Assembly (NCBI GenBank): GCA_011109175.1
Contig: RDEW01000032.1
Location: forward strand, 328,656 to 392,655
Source of the DNA: Dicyema japonicum
Lineage: Eukaryota > Animalia > Dicyemida
Direction of reading: 5' to 3'
Length of the DNA: 64,000 bases
This document shows positions 1 to 14,689 of the stretch, piece by piece; the first letter of the stretch is position 1; each line of letters opens with the position of its first letter. Under the pieces are notes generated by a model. The model was not told the DNA's origin and ran no database searches. It saw only the letters and a program-made list of their open reading frames with translations. Position numbers and translations under genes: made by a program.

Positions 1-1024
1 CTATGCCATAATAATGAACATCCATCTAAAACAAAGTGGTATTAGAATACGCAGATAATCTAGACAGCTTCCGAAAATTGCAATCTCGAAAAGAGTGTGG
101 AGAAGTCTAACAGAACGGATCATCCGGGGGTGGAACAAACAACGGGAAGATATAACGTTTTTTATTGATAATGTGTATAATTATTTGTTTTGGTAATTGC
201 AGAATGAAAATACTAAATACACGTAATTCTGAAAACATAGCTTCCGTTCACCAAATCCTACAAGAGTCCCGAATTCTCAACTTTAATAAAAATTACTTAC
301 GAGACATTAACTTAGTTATCATGGATGAAAAATATTTTCACAATCAAAGTCCTCTCGTCGTAAAATTCAGACGTCGTGCTATTTTAGTACCAGTAAACGT
401 CCCTACATAATCTTTCGTCCCTCATTATATCGTTTACAATGAAGGATTCAGTTTACCAGCTAAAGATTCCTCAATTACTTGATTTAAAAATTGTAGAACT
501 TGAATAACCAATTATGATGGTTCGCATACGATTGTTCTATAACAACAGTCCATATACTTTTTTAAGACTAAAAAATCCCTTATTTATTGCCCTTGGATCA
601 TTGATTAAAGAAAAAGAGTCCTAACAAGTGATTCAAGTTTCCAAGGTAGGATTAAATAGCATCTTTTCCAAACGCTCGTTCATTTATGAAATTCTTCATG
701 TTTAATAGAATAAAGATAGATCCTTTTCATATGCCGACCGATGACTGGGGTCTCCTTGGATTGGTGGATCTTATGAAAAATCTCTCATCGAACTGTTATC
801 GTAACTTTATCTGTAACAAATCATATTTACAATTTTTAAGTAAATTTTTTTTAAAATTAAATTGAAAGACTTTTTTAATATATTTGTTTAAATTGCAATA
901 TTTTCATACAAATATGCTTTTTTAGAATAAATTTCATTTTTTAGTTTCACTAATTACTCAAACAACACAGATTTGGAATAAAGTGACTTTGGCGAAGTGG
1001 CAGCTCTTTGGACATATCCTATGA
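1..1024 (+). CDS. 3' part of an unidentified multi-exon protein-coding gene (runs off window start)
   Basis: Long near-open reading with indels; terminal exons read DPFHMPTDDWGLLGLVDLMKNLSSNCY|LSLITQTTQIWNKVTLAKWQLFGHIL-stop across a 144-nt AT-rich GT-AG intron (801-944). No family recognised. Confidence 0.4.
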
Positions 1025-1039
1025 CTTACGGAAATGGCA

Positions 1040-1230
1040 CCGGCCAATCAGGCCGTGGAATCATACTTTTTTGTATTAAACAAAACAACGTATCGAGGTC
1101 GACAAAGAACTCTCTTGCATAGGAAAAACTGAAAACATTAGAGGATCTGGATGAGCGGTTGCTAGAAAGAGGATGGAAGCGACTTACAGCGCGTATCCAG
1201 ACTCCATGGCAAAAGTGGAATCTCAATTAA
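1040..1230 (+). mobile_element. RTE-clade LINE 3' remnant
   Basis: Translates to NQAVESYFF...YRGRQRTLL...LEDLDERLLERGWKRLTARIQ, resembling the RTE ORF C-terminus and the copy at 14690-15125. Confidence 0.5.
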
Positions 1231-1239
1231 TAGTCTCGG

Positions 1240-1375
1240 ACAAAATCCTAGTGGTTCCTGGTTCGAATCTCGCTGCTGTAAATTCCAGGTGACGAGTAGT
1301 TCCCTTCAGAACCGAATCGTCTACAAGGACTCACTGGAAGAAACTATAAGTATTATGGCTTTCGCGAAAGATGAG
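1240..1375 (+). mobile_element. Truncated tRNA-headed SINE (family A related)
   Basis: B-box-like GGTTCGAATCTC, tgacgagt core and tail motif actata..tattatggct.tcg.gaaa shared with 17640-17795 and 37149-37466. Confidence 0.4.
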
Positions 1376-3299
1376 CGAGCAGTGTATCGTAGATCGGTCC
1401 TAAAGAAGAATACCCCGATAAATTTCTTTTGTTGCATTCGTGGATGAACTAGCGTTTCATGGTTGGTACAATGAAGATCAAGCAGCAGGGTCCGGGAATT
1501 AATTAAAGCTGGGATCACTTAATTAGTGTTTTAACATCTTTATTGGTGATCTTGGTGTTCTCAAATAAATAAATAGTTTCGGGTTTTCAATTATAATTCT
1601 CAGGCTGGTGATTCAGTGGCTTGGATGTCATTTCACTACTAATACTGCGTTGGTTCGATATCCAACACTAGCGACATGGTTTTAGATTTCTCTTCATTTC
1701 CTGTTCTTTATCTCACCGTGTTCTAGTAGAGTGGTATAAAGCGATCCATAATTCTCATGTGACGCCCAGTCGTTATGTAGCAAATTTGCTTTCACTTACC
1801 CCACTGAATAGATTCTAACAACATAAAGGACCAGGTATTCTTCCTTTTCCGCTGGTTTCGGATGAACTTGTGTGATATTAACAAGTCTTTGTTTCTTTGA
1901 TCGTGGAAATCAGAAATATTTAATTTGTTGACTATTAACTTCTTTCTTGATGCACTATGAGTTAATTATTAAATTATAACCACTAATAATTTTTTAATTC
2001 GATTTAAAAAATCAAATATTTATTTAATTCTATTTAATTAAAATTTATTTATTGTACAACTTGACTGGAGAGTTCCCACATCTGCAAGGAATTTACGTCT
2101 TCTACATTTATGCTGGTTTTGGACAGGCTTGTGTGACGTGGAGGGACTCTGTTTATGTGAGAGTGGGAACTGATTTACTCATTTAGTTGTTAACTGTTAA
2201 CTTCTTCCTCGGTGTATCCAGGAATTAATAAAAAACCTTCCAGCCACAAGTTCACTTACAATCACCACCTAAAATCTCAGGAAATATAATATAGGGAGAT
2301 CAATCAGAAAAATATATCTCAAGAATTAAAGCATTGTGACCAGTTGAGGTTATTGATTGGAAGGTCGAGGTGATGACGTACCTATTGTACGAAATGTCTA
2401 ATTTGTTTAGTGATGTGTAATCTTTTGATTTCCTTATTGCTAGCATGGACGAGGTGACTGGTGCAGTAGACAACCTATCTCTGAACAAACGAAAGACATG
2501 TCGAGTTCAAAAAGTGATTTAAATCCATATTGCTAAATTTCTTAACATTTTCTTTATCTTAGATTAGTGACCTCACGTTTTTTTGAACATGTCAATACTG
2601 GGAACTAACATGAGACTTACATTATGCCAAGATCATGGCACAACACATCCACAATAAACACAATGGGTTAGCTTTAGTTAAAGCAGGAAGAACCTGTGTA
2701 GAGTTTGCTGATACATCATCAACAATACGGTCTTGAGTCTCCTGCACTCACTAAAGGAATGCCGATCATCTTCAGGACAAGAAGAACGAAAACCTTAGAG
2801 TCGGTGTTTTTTGCAGACCAATCCAGTAATCTGACAATTATAGCGGAAATTAAGACATATCTTCCATCTTCCTGATTCTTCGGCATGTTGTCAAAGTATC
2901 AGAAGTTCCCAGATAAAGTAGGAAATGTATTCCAAAAGACTTTTCAAAAAATAGAGAAAATACGGAATAAAAAAGTAGCTCACAAACGCTACTGAATTAT
3001 CGGTTGTTTATTGAGAACAGCTTATTGAGGGAATTTCCTTACGAAAAGTTTGTTTACAATTTCGCGAGCAGCTACCCTAACTTTAATATTTTTGGAAAGT
3101 TGTTTTATCTTTTCTCTTTAATCATTGTTTTTATAATCCTATTTCATTTTTGTTGCATAACGACAGAGTGAGAATTTTACTTTCTTTTTTAACAAGCATT
3201 ATTATTATTTCAAACTAAAATATCTTATAAGTGCTTAATTGAGAACGAATGCTACATCCATCTTAAAAGATTAGGATATATCCTGAAATTCAGTTAGCA

Positions 3300-4240
3300 T
3301 CACCACCTTAACCTTCCGAGCAATTACCCACTAACTTGATACTATCAGTAGAAATGCTTGCTATTGTTACTTTGTGGTAGATAACATCGATTTAATTAGT
3401 AAAGGGTGATTTATTTGAAAATAATGATAAAATAGTTTTTTAAAACTTCCTCTTCAACAGAAATCAAAGAATTACATAAAATTATAATCTAACATCAAGG
3501 AAGGTCATATGAGTCACTATTAGTAAGATACATATAATATTAACTATCATCATATATGTGCAGATTTAAAAAAAGATCCCCCAACTTGATTCAATTTTAC
3601 TGACGAGATTGTAGTCGGATCCTGTGTACATCAGGCACTTCCTTCGGCCAAACTATAATGTTTCTGATATCTCCTGAACCCATCAACTTGTTATTCTTGC
3701 TAGAACAAAGAAGACAAGGGCTTTCATCCGTAATGAAGCTAAATAGACATCTCAGAGAACAAAATCAATTTTAATCCTCCAACCAATTACTTATGCTAAC
3801 TAGTACTCTATTCTTTGTTCTTCCAATAAATTTAGGATTGAACTCATTATGCGAATTTAGACCACAAAAATCCTTTATTATTAAAAAAACAATAAGAGGA
3901 TATGAGTTAATTACCCCCAACCAATTTAAATCTTCGACCAAGGTGAGTCAATTTAAAAATTACTGAGAGTCTTTGATGGTTCATCTTAGGTAATATTTGA
4001 ACGATTCCATTCTCCCCTGTGTTTTTTCAATTCCTAAGAAAATTCATGGAATCCACCTGAGTCGAAAGAAGCCCATACTTTACAAGCATCCAAAAAATCC
4101 CTAGTGTAGGGGCTTCCACAATGGTGGAAATGGACAGATTTGAATCCCGATAAAGACAGGTCTTATTCAAAAAGTGAATAATACCTTCTTCAGTTAAATC
4201 TGTGGTAATATTTGATGCCAATTTGCCTGCCACTCAATAA
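3300..4240 (-). CDS. Candidate multi-exon gene with a WD40-like segment, divergent from TMC
   Basis: ORF 4027-4233 plus downstream segment PCLLCSSKNNKLMGSGDIRNIIVWPK resembling a WD40 repeat; exon structure unresolved. Confidence 0.3.
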
Positions 4241-4344
4241 ATTCCACGCATAATTAGCTAATATGAAAAGCGATCATTGTTTAATTGTGTGTGATCAACC
4301 GCATATTAATAGGGAATACCACTCGTGATAGAAACGGTCGAGAA

Positions 4345-6531
4345 ATGGAGGAACAGGACGAAAAGTTCACTTTGGTTAAAGAAAAACTGATCGAATACAT
4401 GGAATACGCGAAAAACAACGAAAAACAAATAACAGTCTACTTTTTAAACGAACTTCTCAAAGAGACCAATCTGTCCTTCCAAGAAAAGCTTGAATTGAGA
4501 AATCAACTCATGGAAGAATATCCCCGCTAAAGAGCCCGGAGGCTTTCAAGAGGGACACTCAGCTCTTTTATCGGCAGAAATACATTAAAAGTATCGACTT
4601 TGAGCAAATCTACTCCAAATTCTTCCAGAAAATATACAGTTTCAGATATCCGTGTTAATTTTAGATAATTGGGGGTTCGGAGCTATGAGTTACTTCAAAT
4701 TCCTGAAATTCATAATGATCTTAAATCTGTTGATCTTCGTCATCTCTTTTACCTTCCTGGGGATATTTCCTCTTATGGGGAAAGGCAAAGTAGAGTGGCT
4801 CAATGTGAATTGTACCGAGCACACCCCGAGTCTCACAACGGGAATCTACACGGCATTTATCTCAATTTTTACGGGGGAGGTTTCGTTAAGTCTTATTTTA
4901 GGGATATTTGGAGTCCTCGTTTTTATTTTATGGGGGTTATGGACATACTGAGTATACAATCTCCTCGATCAATGTAGCCTATAATATGCAAACGGGGTAC
5001 CCTCTGGTGATTTTGATCTGCTATGGAGTATCCCTGGTCTACTTGGGAGTGATGTACCGCTTCTGGTCATTTCCAGGTTGTACAGTCAGTCCAAGACGAC
5101 GGCAATGTACAAAAACATCAGAAATGACGACCTGAGATTCACTCAGCTGGTTTATATCCAAAAGATATTCGGAAGCAAGGTCTCCGACAAGAAATACAAA
5201 TTACGACAGTTCCAGGTATGTCCACGACTAATTGCAGATGGAAATATTCCACGAGCGACAGTTGCAGAAGAACGAGAAGACAAAAATTACCTTGGTTTAC
5301 GTCATAATGAGGATACTGATCAACATCCTCACTGTCGGACTCATCGGGGGGAGTGCGTTCCTGATTTACTACGCCAACGAATACGCCTTGAAAAATAAAG
5401 TTGACTTCCACAATATTGAAGGGGAACATTTTGATTGAGTACAGCCCTTCATTCCTCTTCATCGTCTTCGACTTCATATTTCCCATAATATTGAACTTCT
5501 TCCAGCGCTTCGAAAAGTACAAAGGCAATACTGCCATTGTGATGAAGCTCCACCGGTATGGATGCTTCTTAACATCTTAGACTGGTTTTGTTCAGAATGA
5601 TCCCCCTGATTGTGTACATTTATTTTGTGTTCGGGTCCCATGACGAGGATGAAGAGTGCAAGAAAGTGAATGCCCTTAGTTTTACTGTAGTGCTGGGAAA
5701 ATACCGCGGGCAAGTCTTTGTACAAGATTCTGTTCACCATCATGATTTTCGACCTCCTCTCTGTCCTTGTAGTGACTCCCATACAAATTATAATCACCCA
5801 AAGACATCCAGAGTTCTTTCTGATGAACAACATAATCCAGCTTATCAAGATGCAGCTTCTCCAATGGTCTCCTTAGTAGTATATTCCAGGATAATGATGA
5901 TCTTCGTCCCCCTGATTTCACTGATAACTCTGATCTTCCAAGTGTTTCTGATGTTCCTGAAATATGTAAATTGTCGTGAGATCTCAGATTGAACTCAAAT
6001 ATTTGACTTCTCAGTCGAAAATTCCGTTGAATTACATTCCGTCGGAAATATTCTTTACCGGTGTTCTCCTGGTAGTCTTCAACGTGAAATGCTTCATTTC
6101 GTTGTTCGTATTTTTCAGGTTTACTTATATTTACAATGTCAGAATGAAGACGTCCTTAGATTGTGGTCCCTTTAGGGTCCCCCACTCTTCGAATCCTTGT
6201 GAACCACATATACCCCAGAGTTCCGCGATTTATCAATAAATTTATTTTGCAGCAAAACACGATGATTGCCATCGGACTAATCTTTGTGTTCCGCGGTTTA
6301 TAATATTTTAGAACGTCGGCGATTATCCTTTCCTGCAAGTTGAGGATTCTCAGCTTAGATTTGTCCACGTTGAAGAAAAACGTTGAAATTGTATTAGGTG
6401 CTGTTTATATCACAGAAAAAAAGATGGAACAAAAATCAAATGCCATTCGAATCAAATACGTCTCTGAAAGTAAAAGATATAAAAACGTGATCGACGACTA
6501 TAGAAAGAACAAAGATAAACCTAACGAGTAG
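4345..6531 (+). CDS. TMC: Transmembrane channel-like (TMC) protein
   Basis: WGFGAMSYFKFLKFIMILNL matches TMC FGxxVxSYFxFL; many hydrophobic helices; LDCGPF matches PSxxCGPF; 26-nt intron gtttcag...ttttag joins KIY-N-NWGFG; several homopolymer frameshifts. Confidence 0.85.
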
Positions 6532-6619
6532 TTATTTAATAATGCCGCCAATTCTTATTAAATATTTAATTTATTTTAATTAATAAAAGTCATTAAATAA
6601 ATAAAAAAATTTAAAAGGC

Positions 6620-7237
6620 AATTTGGTTTGGTGATTTTTGTGAGATTTCGTTAACTTTCTGAGAGAAAGCCGCTTCCGCTCTAAATAGTAGCCTCATTCG
6701 GTAAGACTTCTTTGAGTGGTTCCTTACTTGCTAGAGTAAAACTAGCATCCATTTGTGCTACGTGATGTCGACCACGTGGAAATTTCTTTTAAGACCTAGT
6801 TGGTTTGAAACAAATACTTGATGTTGTTACCACATGGGCAGAAATTATCTTAGAGTATGTACATCTACCATGAAGTGACCGATTGATGGTAGCATCGGTA
6901 TTGTTTGCCAGAGGTAATAAAAGCGCCGCGGAAGATTTTTCTGACTCTCCGTGAGCCAGTTCTCCATTATCCTGGCGTTGATCCGGTTCAGGTTATTTGC
7001 ATTCTTTCTATAGCGTTCCAGATGACCTGATCTGGAAAAACCAAACAAAAACGTCTGCATAGAAAAGATAAACATATTATCGGATTCAGGAGTCAAGAGA
7101 TCGGCCAGAAAAAAGTTAAACAGAAAGGATTTAACGGAGATCTTTGAGGGACTCCGTTGGGGAGGATACGTGAGATGGATTTCAGATTTCTGAGGTATAC
7201 ATTTGCGTCCACTTATTACATCGGTATCTAAATACAT
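6620..7237 (-). CDS. Unidentified protein-coding gene, convergent with TMC
   Basis: ATG-initiated 130-aa ORF just downstream of an AT island, followed by a plausible 20-nt intron (gtagatgtacatactctaag) and further coding-like sequence. Confidence 0.45.
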
Positions 7238-7699
7238 TGGCGTCTCTAAAATATATACTATTTAAATAAATAAAAATAAATAAAATTAGCAAAAAACTGT
7301 GAAGAATTTTAATCAAACTGAAGAAGCAATATGGATTTTCAGGCACAAGTAGACCATTTGGTTCTTTCCTTGGATTAATTAATTATGACTGTTTGTGTTG
7401 GGGCTACTAAGACGACATACTAATGAATTCTAGAATTGAAAATGATTTTTTTTCGTATGCATAAGAAGTAAGAATATTCGAATCTGCGAATATGAATTCA
7501 AACCCATTGGTTACGAAATTCTCCTATTAAAAGCTACTTGTAAATTTTTCGTATATTTGAAGATAAAATATTTGAACAGAATGCTTGAGTAATAAATACC
7601 AATTTTTAATTTGAAGATACAGTAATATTCCTCGAATTATTGTTCAGTGTTTATATATGTTTCATGTATTTGTTTTTCATTAGAACTCTGTTTACCGAT

Positions 7700-8600
7700 G
7701 ATGAGATCAGGATTTGTCAGATATTGCGCCATCCCGATCTCATACCTCTTCTGTTCATGACTGCTTGTAATTAAATAGTATTTCTGTCGTATTGAATGAC
7801 TTTATTTTATCGTAAAGTCCGAATGTAAAGACAGCTTTATATAGGACGCTAATAATCGTTGGCATAATCTGTTGTGTAATATTTGGTAATACTATGCGTA
7901 AGACTAAAGATTTTCTATTAAGAGACTTGAGGAAACTGATACTACATTGAATACAGGAGCTATGGATATAAATGTAAATCTGCAAAAAATGAGTATGGAC
8001 CTGTATGGAATATCCTATTTGAAAGTATACCTGTAGCAGTAATCTAGTCTGTTAACGTGAAGGTCGTCAGTGACAAGAGAATGTGATCAGATCAATGACT
8101 TTACCAAAGCCTACCAGCCTCGTTTTGCCAATGCAGGCAAATGGCTACGACTTTGAAACTGACAACTCAATTGGTAGACAACCCCATTGTGTAACTTTTT
8201 AAGGCTTCAAGTGATTTGAAGTATTGACGTATATCAGTCGATTAGTTTCTCCATGGGCGTCGGTGATTTAATGTTTTCCCCTGTGTACCATCTCTCCGTT
8301 AGCTTAAAGGCCCTTTTCTGGGTTGCGGAGATTTTCTGGATGTTGGTATAAGAGGCCAGTGGACTTCATGAAGTACACGCATATGAAATGCATGGTTCGA
8401 TGTACTGTGAGTAGAGCGTTTTAAGTATAGGGTGATGTCCTATTTTCCATAGACCTGTTAGGCATTTCAAAAAGTTGATTTTCTTACATAACAGATTCTC
8501 CAAGCCAATCTATGTGAATGCTTCTATAGCGCTCCGCTCAAAAACTATGTACTTTATTGAAATAATGGTGTCTGGGGTATATCAGGAATGTGGTAGAAAA
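7700..8600 (-). mobile_element. Non-LTR retrotransposon 3' fragment (I/Jockey-superclade-like)
   Basis: KINFLKCLTGLWKIGHHPILKTLYSQYIEPCISYAC...TNIQKI..QKRAF is a typical post-RT LINE region; 7700-8130 aligns with 9280-9720. Confidence 0.65.
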
Positions 8601-9279
8601 AAGTAGAAATCATAATGACCGCCCTAAAAAATAGAACTTCAATAATGAAGACTAATACTCATTCAGATAGTGAAATAATGAAATTGATCTTGCAAGGTAT
8701 AATATCGACAGAAAGTACCAAAATTACAGAAAAATTTAAATTTTTGAATTTTTGTTAGTCTTTGAAGTAAAATTTAAAATTACGCTAATAATTCAAAACT
8801 GTCTAAGCTTTTTTTATTTCCAAAATTTATTTATTAACTTTTAGTTATATAAAGGATCTTCTATACTGATGAGTATCATAGGATAGCCAAATATTGAGTA
8901 TTCATTTTAACCTTGTAAGCAAGATGCTATGGTATTTTGGTGGGTCATTTGAAATTTGATTTCAGAACAAAGAAGTAGAAATGTCAACCAACAATTAGTG
9001 ATAAAAAATTAAGTTTCAATACATATTATGGCAATGCGACTTTGAAAATGTATTAATTCCAAAAAAGTATATTATTTTTTTGAATATATAAAATGAAGTA
9101 AAACAATAATGCGCAGATTAACATGAAGCAGACATTTCGCTTATTGAAAGAGAAAATTGATGAGTGAATATTTTGGAAGAAAATAGCAAATTATTTTTTT
9201 AATATCTGCGTTTTTAAAAATGTCATATATTAATGTTTCAAATAGATTTTTCAATGTTGAAATGTATTTGTATCTCATT

Positions 9280-10150
9280 ATGACTCCCTTCACTGCTGAT
9301 GGCATTAGGATTTTGTCCGGCGCCTATCTCAGAGCTCTTCTGTTCAATCTGTTTATAGGTTGATTGAAATATATTTATTGTATCTTATAGTGATAGTCTA
9401 ATGTGAAGACAGCTCTATATAGGCCGGTAAAATCATTTGCATAATAATTGTGTAATACTGTGCGTAATACCCAAAGATTTTCCATTAAGAGAGACTTGAG
9501 GGATTTTAATGATACATTGAATGCTGGAGCTATAGATATTACTTGTAAACCTACAAAAATTGAGAATGTACCTCTTATAGGATCTCCTATTATAAGTTTT
9601 AGATAGTCTACCTCCAGCTGCATTCTAGCCTGTCAGCGTGAAGGTTGTCAACCCTAATGAATTCTATCAGATCAAAGAACTCTTTATTCTGATAGACTTT
9701 AAAACCTAGCAGCCTCGGTTGGATCATAAGGCTACGGCTCTCGGAACAGAGAGTAATTTTCAACTGGGAGACAACCTCATTGGGTTATTGGTCCTATCGA
9801 TGAGACGGAAGGTAACCATATCCAAATTGACTAGAAAATTTTTAATAAGATTTTATAACTGGCAAAACTCTCAGTTTGTGTCTCTGTTCTTTAGAACGAT
9901 AAAATATGCCTTCGCCAAAATGGGTCGATGAACTGCACACTAAACCAATCGGATGCATCATCTCTTGATTGTCTAAACATGGTGGAGCAATAGAAATCAC
10001 AAAAACCAATAAAAAACCAAACCTCGTGAGATTTAAAAAAGGATGTGAAACGATAACGTATATTATCAGATATTTTGGTTGAATGCCTCGGGATAAGTAA
10101 TAGTCCAACAGGATAATAGAATTCAAAAAAAACATGACCAGCAAAAATCT
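9280..10150 (-). mobile_element. Second diverged copy of the same LINE 3' fragment
   Basis: Direct similarity to 7700-8130 (atgtgaagacagctctatatagg / ttaagagagacttgaggga / gcgtgaaggt). Confidence 0.6.
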
Positions 10151-11933
10151 GTTAGTTGGATGTTCACTATCTGTTGACGGCTTCTATTTAAAGGCATTTG
10201 AGGACGATAATAGGGAAATCGCAGAGTTTTCCTCAATAAACCTGGAATCAATTTTCTTTGAAGATCTAATCTCAGAAAATATTAACTTGGCTAGGAACCA
10301 ATAATTGAGATATCTATGGGTGAAAATTTTCTGGGACTGAAGAGACCAATAAGCATTCTTCTCATGGCTGAGACAAGCTAAGGGTCTTCTTAGTCTCCTA
10401 TCTTCACGTCGAACATGCAAAACCTCACTTCGCCTACATAAAGAGAAGTCACATTAGGCAGATGTAGGCACTTAACCTAAAGACGAATATCACTAATGTA
10501 TTAATGGGTTTGTATAAACGAGAGAGAACACCGCCATGACCTCATACCACATCAATTGGGAGTTCTTGGAGAGGAGCAGATTTTAACGAAGTTTAGGCAT
10601 GCTTGATTGTTTCCTTGTAATTAAAAATGTTACACCTTAGATGGTCAATGTGGCCTTTAAGGTATCAAAAAAAACCGAACATGATTATGATCTCAAGTTA
10701 GTTATAAATGGTTCATAAACCTGATTGAGACTCTTCAGTATTTTGACGCGAATCTAAAGCTTGAAGGTCTGTAATCTCTCTATTTTTGGATCGTCGCTAA
10801 CTGGAAAACATTGGGCTTACTTGGCTGCCATCTAATCTGCTTGATTTGTTCATTATTTAAGATTATGGAGCTTAAGTCTCCAAGAAGTTATCTGGTCTTG
10901 TTGAGGTACAAAATTTTTTAGAAAAATTATTTGGCTGTACAGACCGTTGATGGTTGTAATTATTATTATTATCATACCACGTTTTTATTGATGTCAATTT
11001 TTATTTAAATTTTTATATTCCACGTAAAAGTTTCAAAAATTAATTTAAATAAAAATAATTTTAGTTGTTATTCTAAATGAGTTAAATTTATTTAAGAGAA
11101 ACATCACCCTAGAGTCATACAGTCGCCCTGACTGCGTGGCTATCCTTCTCAGGATGGCGAGCTAGATGCCCTTTAGAATAAAGATGGATACACCATCATC
11201 AGCAGTAATTCCCACTATATCTAGACAACTCAAGCACGATTTATTATTAATGTCTGCCCTCGTCTGTTTCCTGAATACATACTAATAATATTAAAATATC
11301 GTCTTAATTTTGGATCACATCGATTGTTAGTGAATTCTTAGAATTCAAGAAGAACATAGATATAATTGATGATGTTGTCGTGAATACTTGAAGAGTAACT
11401 AGCACTATGCATATATATATAGATTAGCGACTATTGTGGGCGGAGATAGTAAAGCGATTAAATACTAGGCAAAGACGGTTCTAATCTCATTTGAGTGGTA
11501 GAAAACTCTAATCCCCAGTACATAAAAACCAATTATTTATTTAACACCCAAGACCACGGTAAAACCAAACTAACTATCACGTGATCCCGATGCCCTCCAA
11601 TGTAAGTATTCTGGTCCCCCGTTGATTTCTGCGACATCATATTTATCTAATTGATCTCTGGGTCATCCACCTTTTATGTCACTTTGTCAACAGCCATCGG
11701 TTTTTATCATTTGAAGTGGTGGGAGTAAGTAATAAAATAACTAAGTGATCGCAGGCCAACAAGGTGAGGTAAACCTATTGGAATAAGAACTTAACCGCTT
11801 TCCATTAAAAAAGTGAGTCTTTTTGTTCTCGGCTGGTTTTTAAAGTACGTAATAAGGATATACTAGAAGGTGCTTCCTAGGTCGTCCCACGTTGGGGATT
11901 CTCGTGTCGTTTGAATAGAAGTAATATTAAAAA

Positions 11934-11977
11934 GAAGCAGGGCCATTTGGTGTTCTGGAAGCAGGGCCATTTGGTTT
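11934..11977. repeat. 24-bp tandem duplication
   Basis: gaagcagggccatttggt repeated with a 24-bp period. Confidence 0.8.
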
Positions 11978-12899
11978 CCTTTTCAGTAATCTCCCAACTA
12001 CATAGTTGAGGTTACGTCAAATCAGACTACAAAAGTTGCGATACTAGACTAAATAACACGGATTGTAGACCTCCACGTCATGCTTTTGTTAAATCACTTA
12101 CTCATAAGAGTTTTCTTTAATTGAATGCAAGTCCTCGTTGTTACATAACTTATCCGTATGAATTGAGGCAGTCACTTTCCACAGTGTTGTGCAACTCCTC
12201 TCATGTCGTTGAGATGTCTTGACAAAGGTTGTATCCTTGATTTAAAAAGCAAGGCTATATCCACCGTTGATTTCCATGTTCCGAATCCACTCCTTGGTAG
12301 ATTCAATGTAACTAATGCCAAAACTTATAAAGAATTAGAAGCGTAGCTGTCCACGTGTAAAATAGAACATTTCTTTGGGAACATTAAGCAAATTTTGAAG
12401 TAGACGTATTTGAGATCAGCATCAATGCTAACAAAGAGCGACTTGTATTAGTCCACATAAACGTGGACCAATCTAATTAAAGTATTCTTCCATCGTAATG
12501 TTTAAATGTGTACCCATTTCCATTCATAGTATGTCTCTAAAAAAGCCTCCATCAAGTCAGTAATCTCTAAGCTCAACGGACCAGTGGAAAATACCACATA
12601 GAGCTTTTAAAAGCAAATTAGTGCGATCAATGTCCTGAGGTGCCTCAGTCATCACTCCTCAATATGATTACGATGCCTCTAATCGTTATTTCCTTTTTAG
12701 ACACCTACTTCCTAACCAAGTCCCCTGCAATTAACAAAAAGTTGATACTTTGTTCATGAGATGAATAGAGGAAGTACATTTTGTTAACTCCTTCACTCAG
12801 CTGAAACTGTTATCGATAAAAATTGTGAAATATTTTAAATGCATTAATTTTATAAATTGATTATTTATTAAAAATAGTAAATTAGTCATTTCAAATTTG

Positions 12900-13080
12900 T
12901 GTTCCTGTTTAGGCCTCGTGGCGGCATGTGGTGCTATGAGGCTAGTTGGTCATAAATTATTTTCCTTCCCTCCGATGGCGTCATTGGATACATCTTACTG
13001 AGAGACGCCCAATCCCTGACCAGGCATCAAGAGGATCCAACTATTCCTTCCCCGGGGACAATGTCGTTACCTGGAGACAA
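12900..13080 (+). mobile_element. Short dispersed repeat (SINE family B body)
   Basis: gcgtcattggatacatcttactgagagacgccc matches the minus-strand copy at 52430-52620 (gcgtcattggatccacctaactcaggagcccc). Confidence 0.4.
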
Positions 13081-13392
13081 GTTCTGGAACGCTGGAACGA
13101 GTCAGGACCAAGGAGTTGGTTAGTTTAGATACCGTTGGTCTTTGGAATAATTTTAATCGACTAATCTTGATTTTTGAATATTTTCTTGTGGTGTTGTGCA
13201 TGCACATACTACATATTAACAGCACTAGTACTTTAGTTGTGGAGACAGAATCAGAGAAATTCGGAGACTACTGCACAGTGAATGTGTCAATGATAATACA
13301 ATATGAAGTAGGTATGCCCTTGATTACATAAGCGAATTCAGAATGAATGCATTCCTAATGGACAGTTAAATTGTTAACACAATGTAAGAAAC

Positions 13393-13517
13393 GTGGTTCA
13401 CCTTCACGTGGAGAAAATTGGATACAAGCATCAATCTGGCAACTAAAAGAAATTTTCGATGTGGTTCACCTTCACGTGGAAAAATTGGATACAAGTATCA
13501 ATCTGGCAACTAGAAGA
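13393..13517. repeat. 68-bp tandem duplication
   Basis: gtggttcaccttcacgtgga(g)aaaattggatacaag(c/t)atcaatctggcaacta at 13393 and 13461. Confidence 0.9.
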
Positions 13518-14689
13518 ACCACTGTTATTCCCTGTCAACGCCCTGTATACCCAAAATAACTTCACTGTAAATATCCTCGACTGGACACTTTGGTAGTACG
13601 TAGACATAATAAAACAGATTACTTTTGATTACAACAAAACGGAAGTACCACCAAACAACGACTTCTAATATTTTTGGAGGGTTTATTGGTTTCCAAGGAT
13701 AAATGAATATGAAGAAATATGAATTTTCCACCAAATGGTGATACCAAAAATATAGTTATCCAGGGCAAAGGGACAAATGAATAACAAGAAATTGTAGGAG
13801 TGACGAGGAAGATATAAACCAGGTAACAGCGTAATTTTGAAGCATGATATTAATGACAATCCCAAAACAGAAGATTATACGACAACATTGACATATAATT
13901 ATTACACAAACAATCAAGTCGACATTAGTAAAATTTCTTCATAATTCAAAGCACATGAAGAATTGATGAATCAAAGATCTACTATATAAAAGTTTGAAAC
14001 ATCTTGCATTTTCAATAATGAAGAAATAATAATAAATACAATAACTAAAAAGCAACAACAAACGACCACAAGAGGCGATGATAACGTGTATAATAAACTT
14101 GATGAATGGTGGTTGACCATTTTAAAAAATAAATTTTGATTAATATAATTAATAAAATTATATTTTTTATACTCATTTTTGATTTTTTAACTTTACACGT
14201 TTGGATTTAAAAAAACAGTCCCACCCATGAGCGACGAGTCCATCTGCACGACACAGTAGTTAAAAGGGATCCTCTTATCTTTCTCCCTGACCAAATCCTC
14301 TGATGAAGATTGCATTATGAAAAATATTCCGCTAAAAAATGAAGTGATATCCACGACGGTAAGACGTGGGACAAAAATGGAAGAGGCCATTGCTTGTAAT
14401 GGTCTATTGGAGGATGGATTTTGTCAACACAAGCAGACGTTCTCTCTTGGCTACCTTTCTTGGATTAATTGGTTATGACTGTTTGTGTTAGGCATAACAC
14501 AGATTGTAGACACGTGGTTAATAAACACATGAAATATAAAAAGAAGGTATTTCAGTAAAGGAAATAAGAAGTATATAAAGAAGCATACAAGATAGATTTC
14601 GCGTATGTCTTTGAAGGAAATTGAAAATCATTTAATCAACCCCACTGTATTACTTTTTGAAAGGATATTCACACTACAGCTTTCTATTT

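Noticed and set aside
720-800. CNOT2/NOT-box identity for PTDDWGLLGLVDLMK
   Set aside because: Downstream sequence lacks DLTTLGLNL and the NOT-box WRYHK motif.
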